A DNA stretch of 64,000 nt from contig OZ286460.1 in NCBI GenBank assembly GCA_965644265.1, positions 25,916,001 to 25,980,000 of the forward strand, in the 5' to 3' direction. The stretch is from Glycera tridactyla. Its lineage: Eukaryota. This document shows positions 13,542-24,600 of the stretch, piece by piece. The notes beneath the pieces were generated by a model that was given only the letters and a program-made list of their open reading frames with translations, was not told where the DNA came from and searched no databases. A program made the translations under genes and the position numbers. The number at the start of each line of letters is the position of its first letter. The first letter of the stretch is position 1.

Positions 13542-16500
13542 TACTTGTCTTAGACCGCTGACGGAGACAATAACGCCACACAGCCACCACGTTAGGACCC
13601 AACAGACTTCAGTTGTAAGCATCTCATAAGCACAACATGGACTATATACACAGCAACCGAATATACTTACAAAATCTCCCACGAAGGTCGTCATATTATT
13701 AACAGTTCCACCTCTTTTTGAGCATGCTATGCTTTGTCAGTTTCAAACCATGCAATTATCTGATGGAAGACATAAAATGGTGAAAGGTGCGAGATTTATT
13801 TGATATGGTGAATTATCAACATTATCCTCCACTGAGACACGTTCCAATTCATATCAGCATCTCTTACTTGAGACGATTCACTGAGCACAGATGTCTCAGT
13901 TGAGTCTCAAGATATCCTGAGCCATGCGAAGTGGCGCCTCTACCGTTGGCCAGGTGAACGATGACATCAGGAACCCGGATGCTGATTCCTGCGGAATGTG
14001 GATGCCTTCAGCAAAATATCGAAACATCCATTTTATATTCCCACACAGACATGCACTTACACTTCAAATTGGGATAAAGTCATAGATCATTCTTGAACAT
14101 ACATGTCATGTACAGTTTCTCGAGATAGTTGAACGATTTGAGTAAAGATTGATTGCCCGTAAAGTTTTGATAACTCTTATTCAGGTTAGAATGATTTTCT
14201 ATCGTATTCCTCAATGCTGTATTGAGGGGGTCAAACAAATCCAGCAATGACCATGGCAATGGTCGATATTCAGCTATCAGCAAACCTACTACTTGTAATT
14301 CACAAAATTTCATAGTCTTTCTCATCCTGATGTCCGGGCGATAGACCTTGTTGGCGGCCAAGATAACATTATTCTTCTATATCCCTAAACAGGGTGAAAA
14401 TTGGGAGAGTCACAAACCTTTGGTGTTTTTCATTGCCATGGAAAACACAGCACCGAACCGACATCTTTTTTGATTGATGACAGCACTTGTCTGCAAGAGA
14501 AGTGACTCTACTATCATAGATACAGGAAACACCATAGCAAGATCATAGCCTGGTCTCCTCCAAACATTGGGTTGCGAAAAGCTGTCAAAATTCATCATAT
14601 AATGCAGAATATCCAGCCATCATATCTCGATATGATCATGGTGATATCAATGAAGATGGCAGCAAGGGCGGCCAAAATTCGACTACGGCGACTATTCGCT
14701 ATATANNNNNNNNNNNNNNNNNNNNNNNNNNNNNNNNNNNNNNNNNNNNNNNNNNNNNNNNNNNNNNNNNNNNNNNNNNNNNNNNNNNNNNNNNNNNNNN
14801 NNNNNNNNNNNNNNNNNNNNNNNNNNNNNNNNNNNNNNNNNNNNNNNNNNNNNNNNNNNNNNNNNNNNNNNNNNNNNNNNNNNNNNNNNNNNNNNNNNNN
14901 NNNNNNNNNNNNNNNNNNNNNNNNNNNNNNNNNNNNNNNNNNNNNNNNNNNNNNNNNNNNCAATTATACTCGATGATCGGTCGAAATGGATCAAATGACC
15001 AAACACCAATAATCCATATCTATGGACGATTTCAAGCCTTTCGCAAAAGGAAGCGAATGTTGCCCAGAACACCTGGGAAACACTTTTACTTCCACATTTC
15101 TCAGAAGGCCAGCATCGCAGCCAAAATCGTTTATTTCCCTCATCTGATCATCTCACAAAAAGCGCCAGAAACTGGAATATCATACTCATAAACACAAACA
15201 ACTCAACGGGCTGTATTCTGTGAGTTTGTATGTACGTGTGCGTGTTTCTGTGTGCGTATATTCGTGTGCGTGTGTGATGGGGTATAAGACTTGTACTGAT
15301 TTCACACTAGGGTTTCACAAACATTTAAAACTCGTAATATAGTCCACCTTCAAGCATCGGTTCATACAATAACCAGTACAAGATGTTACACATATCCAGT
15401 CAGTTGCATAGTTGGGTTTAATTCACCAGTCTCTGTTGGGTTTAATTCACCAGTCTCTATCATATACAATCCACTAGTCATCCATCCACCAGGGCCGATC
15501 ATTTCACAATATGGAAAAATGGTTATAATATTTGGCGGTCAGATACCATCATATCACGTGAGATCCGGTGAACTTGTTGTGTATCCTTGGGCTATACCAG
15601 CGACGGGTCAGGTACGCAGGGTCCATCAATCAGATTGTGATACCTCATGCCACGTGAAGAGTGGGGAATCCACAGGATCCAGGGCATAAGAAGACCAACA
15701 ATTTGGATCAAGAATAGTCAGACATATAAGGCTGACTCAGATGTCTCACGTCGACATTTGAGGGTCCCAGTGGTTTGCCAGTGATATGGTTAAGGTCAAA
15801 CATAGCATATTATACTCTCAGAGGTGACACGAATCGAATAATTAACTTTAAGTGAGTCTGTCCATAGTTACCTACACCATCCCATTCACTTCATTTCTAG
15901 AACAAACTATTCAATCTGATTTGCAAATCTTGGAAGACATTTCCATTCATCTAAATGCACAGAGCATATTTCAAAGCTCTCATATATGCCGTCAAGGGCC
16001 AAGACGCTCCAAACCCAATTGATCAGTAAATCTAACCAAATAATAACACTAAGGGAAGTGAAAAATTGGAGATTTCACTCAGCCTGCCCGACGGACACCT
16101 GAATCAAATATTAACGTGGAGCTATGGGTAAGAGAAAAACTCCCAGATCGAAGTCGTTGTTGGGAGGGCGGTTCTCTCGCGATGTACAGTGGGCATGAGT
16201 AGCAAGACCCACATGGAAGAATACCACTCAATGAAGGGGTCGGCAGTTGAAGCAGTAACATTTCACTTTGAATTTTGACCAATAAGACTGGTGTTGCATT
16301 CTTCAATTTCAGCCACATATCAAGGTGTTCTCGCTATGGGAGGAGTAGCTAGATTGGTACGTATCAACAGAGAGCATCGAGACGATTGAGGCGCTCTATG
16401 GACGTCTGAGATTGGCGGGGGAGGGCCAGATGATGAAATGGTTACCTGGTAATCGAATTATCGAGGAGATTATCGCCTTCGCCAGCTTCTAGACATGCCT

Positions 16501-17114
16501 CCCCTAATAAGTCGTTGGTCATATCTAGATGACCAAGTTAGCCCCGCCATTCTATGATATATCTCACTTGATTAGACCTGATATGGGGGAGGCGGTATAA
16601 TGTGTGATATTCCACAGCCATGTAGGTTATTACTTTGTACTGACATGTCTCTTAAGATACACAGACATAGCGTGGCTGGTCAGGGCAGGGGTTCAGTTTA
16701 TGCAAATTGATAACAAACATGGCTGCCGAATGATATCCGCTATGGATCATTCTCAGGAATTATCTAAATATAAACAGCCTCATCTAATGATTCGAGTGTC
16801 GAGTGTCAGTGATCTGAACAATGATAACAACCACAGGCATCGTTTCTCCCTACGCTCCCACGTGCGTGATAAAAGCATTGGGATCAATCAGGGAGGTGGT
16901 CTTTTCATACTATCACATGATGGGGAGTAGAACTATATTATCAGTTAGTCAGTGCCCATCGATCGAGACATCTCATACCAGGCTTTCTAATGAGTCCCAG
17001 CAAATAGGTCATTCGGACGTACTATTCATGAAAGATTACAGCTGGATAAGTATTCCAGATGAACCAAGCCTGTACTCTGCCAGAAACTGCCAATTTCATC
17101 AAAAATGGAACCAC

Positions 17115-18080
17115 CGCAGAGAGCACGCCGACGTCCATTGGACGTCCTATGGACGTCGGCGGTACGTCCAGAGGACGTCCACTCCCGACGTCCATTGGAC
17201 GTCATTTTGTCTCGAGGAAAGACGTCCACTGGACGTCCGTTTTTGATCCAATTGATGTCCTATGGACGTCCAGAAGTGGACGTCCACAGGACGTCCAGTG
17301 GACGTCAGCCCAGTGCTTAGTTTTCTGATCCGACAGAAATTGGTCCTGTGGACGTCCAATGGACGTCTTGTGGACGTCCATGAGAGAGGTCCAATGGACG
17401 TCTGGTGGACGTCGATCAAAGGTCTGTAGGACGTCTCATGGACGTCCATGGCAACTGTTGCTGCCTCTGCTTGGGTCGAACATCGGCCTTAGTATAAAGG
17501 ATGTTCTGGATTCTAAGATAGGCTTTGAATAAATTTGGACAAATTTGGACAAATTTCCACAGAATTCAAGTGGTATATACATGCAAATGAGATCAAAAAT
17601 TGAGAAACATCATTCTCCATACTGACCTAATAGTTTGATTCGCATATACTTATTCACAGCTTGTAAAATATAATTTTTGGGACTACTTTTTGTGACGTCA
17701 GCTGGACGTCCATTGGACGTCTGATGGACGTCCATCAGACGTCCAATGGACGTCTATAGGGCGTATAACGGACGTCCATCAGACGTCCAATGGACGTACA
17801 TTGGACGTCTGTGTTGGACGTCCATTGGACGTCTGTTGGACGTCCAAACTCACGTCGATTCATGGACGTCCACTGGACGTCTGTTGGACGTCTAAATTAT
17901 GACCATCAAAACTGCGGGACCATTGCAATCCTCCCGAACGTCTGTTGGACGTCCAACGGACGTCCGAAATTCGACGTCATTCTTTTGACGTCCATACGAC
18001 GTCTAATGGACGTCCGATTTCGGACCTCCGACGATTCCGACGTCCTAGGACGTCCAGTGGACGTCGGCGTGCTATCTGGG
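17115..18080. mobile_element. 966-bp non-autonomous DNA transposon with long TIRs and GACGTC subterminal arrays (CMC/EnSpm-like)
   Basis: Left end AC|CGCAGAGAGCACGCCGACGTCCATTGGACGTCC matches the reverse complement of the right end GGACGTCCAGTGGACGTCGGCGTGCTATCTGGG|AC, giving a 2-bp AC TSD. About 40 GACGTC hexamers lie in two blocks around an AT-rich core (~17460-17690). Confidence 0.75.
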
Positions 18081-18759
18081 ACTCGATGGGGATTTCGTGT
18101 GTCCGAAATTTGGCATGCTTATATCATGATTCTGAACCAGTGGTGGTTTGGTTCGGTTGTGTTAGGTTGCAGCTTGATGGCATGTATCAAACCAACTGAT
18201 TAAATATGCTGGGTGGCCGATGGTTGTTGGATAGTCACCATATCTAACTCTGGGTAGTATTCGAACTCTTTAGTATAGTGAGTTCTCGTAAGAGATGACT
18301 TATAATGCTCACAGGTGAGTGGATCAGCTAGGATCTTACTCACTAGCCTTATAACCATGTGATCCGAGCCAGAGCATGAGACTATATTATTATCAGATAA
18401 ATGTCTCCCACTTTCATTTCTGCACTCAAGTAGAATGACATTGCACAGAAGTTGATCAATGTCTTTGTGTGTGCAAGCCCGACAAATACCCCTACCCTTG
18501 GCTAATATGGGACCTACACTTATATTCTGACTTATTTCGCAAAACCTCTCCTATCCACCCTTCGCACTCCAATGAATCCAAATGGGTGAGTTACGGGGCC
18601 ACAATTCCCCATATCTCCGACATGCTAGCCCCAAATTCACTCCATCCCTTCATTATGAAATCCATTAATATTTGGAAGAGTAATGATTCATTTACTATAC
18701 ATATACCGAGATAAGTCAATGTGGTGAGATATAGAATGAATTTTGAATTTGAGTGATGC

Positions 18760-20310
18760 TCATGGCTCCGGGGTGGTGGAGTTGGAGCGAAGGTCAAACT
18801 CACTGGGACACACCTCTATAGTGATGGAGTTATCTGAATCATCGTCTGTAGTAGAGATGGTGCTTGCCCGTCTACTGTACAGATCAGGGTGATAGTGTAC
18901 CACCTCCGGGTTCACCCCTGGTTTCCTCAACAACAGATAGGCCGTGCCCATCGAGGGCCCCTCATCATCGCTATCCGTCATATCAAAACACCGGTTGCGC
19001 CGGTGTGAAGCGCCGGCACTACGCGACTGCTGATTACCACCATGTTGCTGAAGATTTTTCGCAGACCTGGAGGGTGATTGGTTGCCGAGGTGCTTCTTCA
19101 GTAGAGGAGGCAATAAAGCGCCCTTGGCAGCAGCAGCCAGCTTGGAGGTTTTGTGTTTTTTAGGCAGCTCTGCGCTGAGGCAATGTGCCGTCATGTTCCA
19201 GTCACCGAGTCCAAGATAAGGCGTGAAGCGCTCGGTGTTGTGGTTGTTAGAACCCCGAGTTCTGTTCTTGAGAATGTCCGTTTTGCTTGAGGATATGGGT
19301 GGCACTTTCTGAGTCACGGTAGCCTCTTCTCGGGGGAAACTTTCCCCTCCCAGAAGTTGGTCAAGGCGTTCAAACAGTTTCGTCACGCATGTCTCATGAA
19401 AATCTAATGTATAAACAATTGCACTTTCATTGGCTTCCCTGATGACTTCAGTCAGGGAAGAGCCTTTAGTCCTCGAAAGCCGTTCGTCTATGGAAGATAT
19501 AGTCAAGGATGTATAGGTGGAGTCAGCGGCGTGATACGAGTTCTGACAAGTTGTTTCTACTTGGCTGACGATACTTGGGAACTCATCTGGGAGCTGGAAG
19601 CCTGGGTCTTTCACCATGATGATGGCGATATTAGCTTCTGATGCCTGTAAGAGCAACTGTAAACAGTCTCGATCCATGATAGTCGACTTGTTCAGCATGA
19701 ATATAAACACATCACAGTCTCTCACTCCGTACGATGTATCCTTGGGCGCTGCAAAACGCATTGCATACAAGGAACTATTTGTGCGCACGTAACAATAAGG
19801 CAAGAGGGTGTTAACAAGGATGTCGACCTTGGTAAGCTGCGTCGACTCGCAGCGGTCGGGCCGCTGGCAACAGAAAAACACTCGTTTGCTGCGTTTCTGT
19901 GACATCATGAAATCGCGAGCGTCTTGGTTGTTTTTGTTGATGAGTCCCTCACAGCACCCGCCCATTTGTGCTGGCGGGGGGTGAGTCGGGGAGCGAGGGC
20001 GCGGAAACTTGGTGAGCGTCTCAGTGAGCGATTTGATTCGTTCAAGGTAAGGCTGCAGGAAGTACCAGAGGGAATTGAGCGCAGTGTCGTGGATAGATTC
20101 GGGGAAGGAATGTACGAGTCGGAAGAATGTAGCTAGGTCGTTCTCGTGGCTGTGAATCCATTCCAAGGCCCCGGCCAGACCAGCGGCAAGCTGCGCTGCT
20201 TGTTTACTGGACGCCTCGTGCCCTTTGATCACACCGGCGCACCCCTCGCGGAAGAATCCAAACAAGTGACTGTCGCGACTCAGTTGTTGCTGGTTGTTCG
20301 GCGACGTCAT
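18760..20310 (-). CDS. Single-exon 516-aa protein with a divergent TIR-like (SARM1/TIR_2-type) domain and a disordered C-terminal tail
   Basis: 1551-nt open frame with GC-rich, coding-like composition. ATG at 20310 (MTSPNNQQQ). An in-frame TGA lies upstream within the same putative exon, which starts after acceptor TTATCTGTTTGACAG at 20457. TIR-like segments: KRVFFCCQRPD; VRDCDVFIFMLNKSTIMDRDCLQLLLQASEANIAIIMVKDPGFQLPDEFP; AIVYTLDFHETCVTKLFERL. The CDS call is firmer than the domain call. Confidence 0.8.
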   Translation of the reverse strand: MTSPNNQQQLSRDSHLFGFFREGCAGVIKGHEASSKQAAQLAAGLAGALEWIHSHENDLATFFRLVHSFPESIHDTALNSLWYFLQPYLERIKSLTETLTKFPRPRSPTHPPPAQMGGCCEGLINKNNQDARDFMMSQKRSKRVFFCCQRPDRCESTQLTKVDILVNTLLPYCYVRTNSSLYAMRFAAPKDTSYGVRDCDVFIFMLNKSTIMDRDCLQLLLQASEANIAIIMVKDPGFQLPDEFPSIVSQVETTCQNSYHAADSTYTSLTISSIDERLSRTKGSSLTEVIREANESAIVYTLDFHETCVTKLFERLDQLLGGESFPREEATVTQKVPPISSSKTDILKNRTRGSNNHNTERFTPYLGLGDWNMTAHCLSAELPKKHKTSKLAAAAKGALLPPLLKKHLGNQSPSRSAKNLQQHGGNQQSRSAGASHRRNRCFDMTDSDDEGPSMGTAYLLLRKPGVNPEVVHYHPDLYSRRASTISTTDDDSDNSITIEVCPSEFDLRSNSTTPEP

Positions 20311-21554
20311 TGTGCTGAACGGAGCGGGCCGATTGTGCCGACGAGAACGACGACGACGACAAAGATCCCAAGTCTCACTGGACCAAGACACGAATGGTGA
20401 AGAAATGCCGCTGAACACAGAGATACTCCTGTGTAGTCAGGCCCCCTCCATTACATCTGTCAAACAGATAAGAAACACAACACAATTAGAGACATCCAAG
20501 ACACAGTAAATGCTCTCGGTGGCTAGCATCACTAAGAGACAAGGCTGAAATCGTGACCTGCAAAGGTAATGGAATTACGATGATCCGAAACACTCTCACA
20601 TGAATTATCATATAATGTACACAAATATACGTGCATTATCCAGCACTTAGTTATATGCACAGGATGACTCTATAATGAAACACACTAGGCGATGATTCTA
20701 GATATTGATCGACAGTCTCCCATTATCTTGTGTCTAGGGTGATGCTTAGTAGATACAGAGCATCATATTGTCATTGAAGTGTTACACACGGCATACGGAA
20801 TAAATAATCACATAGGTTGAACAAACAACCAAAAGGCCAACCAACCAACCGACAAACCAACCAAAATATCAATAATCCAAGTTAATAGACTGACCACCCA
20901 ACCCATCAACCGCTTAACGAAAAGGACAACCAACCAAGCAAACCAAGTCATTGAGTCCAGATATGTTATTGTATGCCTCATGATTCAGGTAGAACGTCGT
21001 GTCACAGTCTGCTTCGACATTAGCTTCCCTGAACTGGAGACAGTAGTAAGTGGTTGGCCATGTCTTTTCCGAGTGGATCTGAGTGATTTAGATCCATAGT
21101 AGAAGTAGGCCAAACTGGTTGCCGTCCACTCTCTGCTAGTCCAGTCTTAGTGATATTTAATCAATATTTGACACAAGTGGAGTTTTCTCCCGTTGACATA
21201 ATGTGCCATTGCTGTACCGACGCCATCGGGTCCAGGTCGTCCGTTCTAGTCATGTGCGTGTGTGTCTGAATCAACAGATACAGTTGTATTTTCGAGATTC
21301 AGCCTGGAGTTGGGACCTTGCATTTCCATTCCGAATAACTGGGATCGTCTACACAGCTCCCAGGCCATCTATACTGAACACACCGCTCATTGTGTCAAAA
21401 TGTACTCCTTACACACAAGACCTTGGTCCGAACAAGATGCAATGTGAAACTGTCACGATACAAAGAAGCATAATGGATTTGGTCTAGTATTATCGAAAAG
21501 ATAGTATTTGCAATCTGTGGTCCACATCGAGTGTCTGACTTCACGAATTTTCGC

Positions 21555-21670
21555 CTTCCGTTGGGTACTCAGAAGGAGGAGTCTTGAATGATCTCTTTCA
21601 TATGGGCGTCCGAATATAGCCCAGATTGTGCTCATGGGACGTAAAACAGCCAACCAATCAACCAACCAAC
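21555..21670 (+). mobile_element. SINE-like 3' end
   Basis: GGAGGAGTCTTGAATGA...GGGCGTCCGAATATAGCCC...GACGTAAAACAGCC followed by an (AACC)n tail; same core as 6393-6500. Confidence 0.5.
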
Positions 21671-24600
21671 GCAGGACATCACTGTCCTAACATTCTCGTC
21701 CCTGGGAGAGATGTAGGACTTGAATTTTATTTGCCACGGCGCTCAAGTAGAGCCATTCATAAATTGATGGCCGGGGCTGACTCTCGGAGGAAGCTGAGGG
21801 TTGAAGTGACATGTGAAAGATAGGCAATAAATGGTGAGCAGGAAGCATCTGGCGTTTCCATTCACACGTGCTCTTTTCATTATCCAAGCTCGATGGCAGA
21901 CTCCCGCATATCTATATGACGAGTGATTAAAACAGCCCCCTTTATAAAGCCAACCGAAGCCATTGATTGACACCCGAAATTAATAACAGTCCGAAATCGA
22001 CACCGATCAATATCATAATTAACCTGTCAATCATATTCACATCATATCCTGCAGGAAATGCGTTCTCACCTCACCTACATAAATGGCCGCCTTACCACAT
22101 TCTTTCGAACCATGGGGCATAATTAAATTCGGCTTTGTTGTCTAAATTCGCTCCTATATCGGTGCAATATTGCCAATTACTTCACTCGTACAATGTCGAT
22201 TGGTAAAGGATTTCATTAATGATTGAAGATATAAGTAGGATCAATGGACAAACAGACAAACGGAAGGGGGTGGGGTTACGAAGAGAGACAGTGAGACAGA
22301 TGAACAGACAGATATACTGACTGACAGATATATTGATAGATGGATGAATGTGTGGCTTGGTGAGATTGTGCGTGAATGGCTGGGTCAGATGAATAGATGC
22401 ATGAATGGCTGATCGTCTGGATGGAACAATGGATGGATGGATGGGAAGCAGGGAGTGGAGGAGATGGAGAAATGAAGGAAGGGTGAAGGGAGAAAGGAAG
22501 GAAGTGAGGACGGAGGGAAGGAACGAAGGAGCCGACCGAGATTACAAGGGAGGAAGGAAGGGTGGATACGATTCCAACATCACTGGGATAGGACAATCCT
22601 CCGTTTCCGAATGCGTGATCTTCACAGCTATTAAGAAGTCTTGGGAGACTAGATATTTGAAATGTACGAAGTATGCCAGCCAGATATTGGAGCAAATCGA
22701 CGTTTTGGCGGAAGAATCCCATATCACTGTGTCATAGACGTCACACCAAGCTGAATTTATAGAGGATAACAGCATTTAGTTCCAAAACTTTCCACTAGGG
22801 TATTTCACTGCATTTTACAAGGTGGCACTTTCGATGAGCTGACTCCCACTTTCCCTTTCTATCACAACCATAGATGTCTGTGAGGATATGGAGTATAACT
22901 TTACTGCAATAAATATGAGATGGGTCATTATTATCATCATATGTGTGTAATGAAGCACAAAATGAAGTAAATGATGAAGTACACCTCATATGCTTGAACT
23001 TCAGCCAGAGCATGATCAGCTAGTTGATCCTCTGAATTACTTATAAAATCATTCTCATGGCTTACCAAATTTTGCGTTGTCTCAAAACAAAACAAAATTC
23101 ACAGGTATGAAAGGCTATGCCTCACAGTATCATAGATTTTGATTGAATTATTATATCACTCGTCTACCAAAATGAGAGGAACCATTATGCCCACTAGTTG
23201 CGACTAGGTAACACTCTAATTAGTAGACACCTCGCTGAATTACTTTTAATGTCTATATCCCGAGGCGGAAAAATGGCTGCTGGTTCTGATGCATATATCT
23301 GGGAAATCCATGGAAGATAGAGGTAGCGTCATTGATTGCGGGCGGAGATTTCTGTCAATGAAGCAGGCACCAGACTCCTTTCTAATTAGGTTGTCATGTA
23401 CTGGGATCAACTCCACCTTGGCATGACGTTAGTCTCCAGTCATGTCATCAATTTGTTTCCAACTTTTGGCGCTGCCCATCAGGCGCTATTGTTTGACGAA
23501 TAAATCTCATGGTGGACTTCTTGAGCAACACCCCTCCCCCTCTCACCCCGACCATCACCTCCCCCTAGCTAGCATATACATCTCTTCCCANNNNNNNNNN
23601 NNNNNNNNNNNNNNNNNNNNNNNNNNNNNNNNNNNNNNNNNNNNNNNNNNNNNNNNNNNNNNNNNNNNNNNNNNNNNNNNNNNNNNNNNNNNNNNNNNNN
23701 NNNNNNNNNNNNNNNNNNNNNNNNNNNNNNNNNNNNNNNNNNNNNNNNNNNNNNNNNNNNNNNNNNNNNNNNNNNNNNNNNNNNNNNNNNNNNNNNNNNN
23801 NNNNNNNNNNNNNNNNNNNNNNNNNNNNNNNNNNNNNNNNNNNNNNNNNNNNNNNNNNNNNNNNNNNNNNNNNNNNNNNNNNNNNNNNNNNNNNNNNNNN
23901 NNNNNNNNNNNAGGAAGGTTGCCTCATCAACCCCAATTTTCTCATCCTCTCAGTCATAATCAGGCAGAAATAAGAGATACTCAATCCACCCGACCATGTA
24001 TACATCACGCACCACACAGCTCCCTCCACACATACACACGCACAAACAAATCTACGCATCCAACTATTCATAAACTTTTTTCACCCATATCCCTGCTTGT
24101 GCATCTTAATCACGTATGAGTGCAGATACACGTGTTTGTGATAAGATTAGCGAATGAGGTTTAATACGCCTGTTCACACAATCGCATACAGGCAGCACAA
24201 ATGAGCGTAGAAGATGCTTTCTGGCATAACTATGCACTACACCATTCCATGATATTCAAATGGTTTTCTTGGTGAATTGAGAGGTAGAAACATCTGTTGC
24301 TACAGTTTTCTATGGTAGGCTATCCCCAGAAGATTCGTTCCTCCTGGATTCGCCTTCAAAACTTCAGATATCACTCGTAAGTGAACCCCAACAATTGAGC
24401 GATTAGCATTCAAGGTATTTGGTCAGTTTGGTGAACTGATCGAGTGGTCTGGCGACTCTGGTAGTCCCGGTGTTACGCGTGTCATAGGGCTAATAGCTTC
24501 TAAACAGCACTGGTTTTCTCTCATGATCCTTCGTTGAGGTAGACTTTTACCTGTCATATACCCAAAAAGAACACTCCCAAGAGATGACATTGGTAGCAGA

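Noticed and set aside
17115-18080. Possible CRISPR array (GACGTC region; also the 85-bp array at 28817-29526)
   Set aside because: There are no unique spacers between identical repeats and no cas genes, and the context is eukaryotic.
17026-18203. ORFs rich in DVHWTS/GRPLDV
   Set aside because: They are translations of the palindromic GACGTC array, which lacks stops in several frames.
20310-20418. 36-aa N-terminal extension of the TIR-like ORF given in the ORF track
   Set aside because: It starts at GTG. The first in-frame ATG is at 20310 and an in-frame stop lies just upstream.
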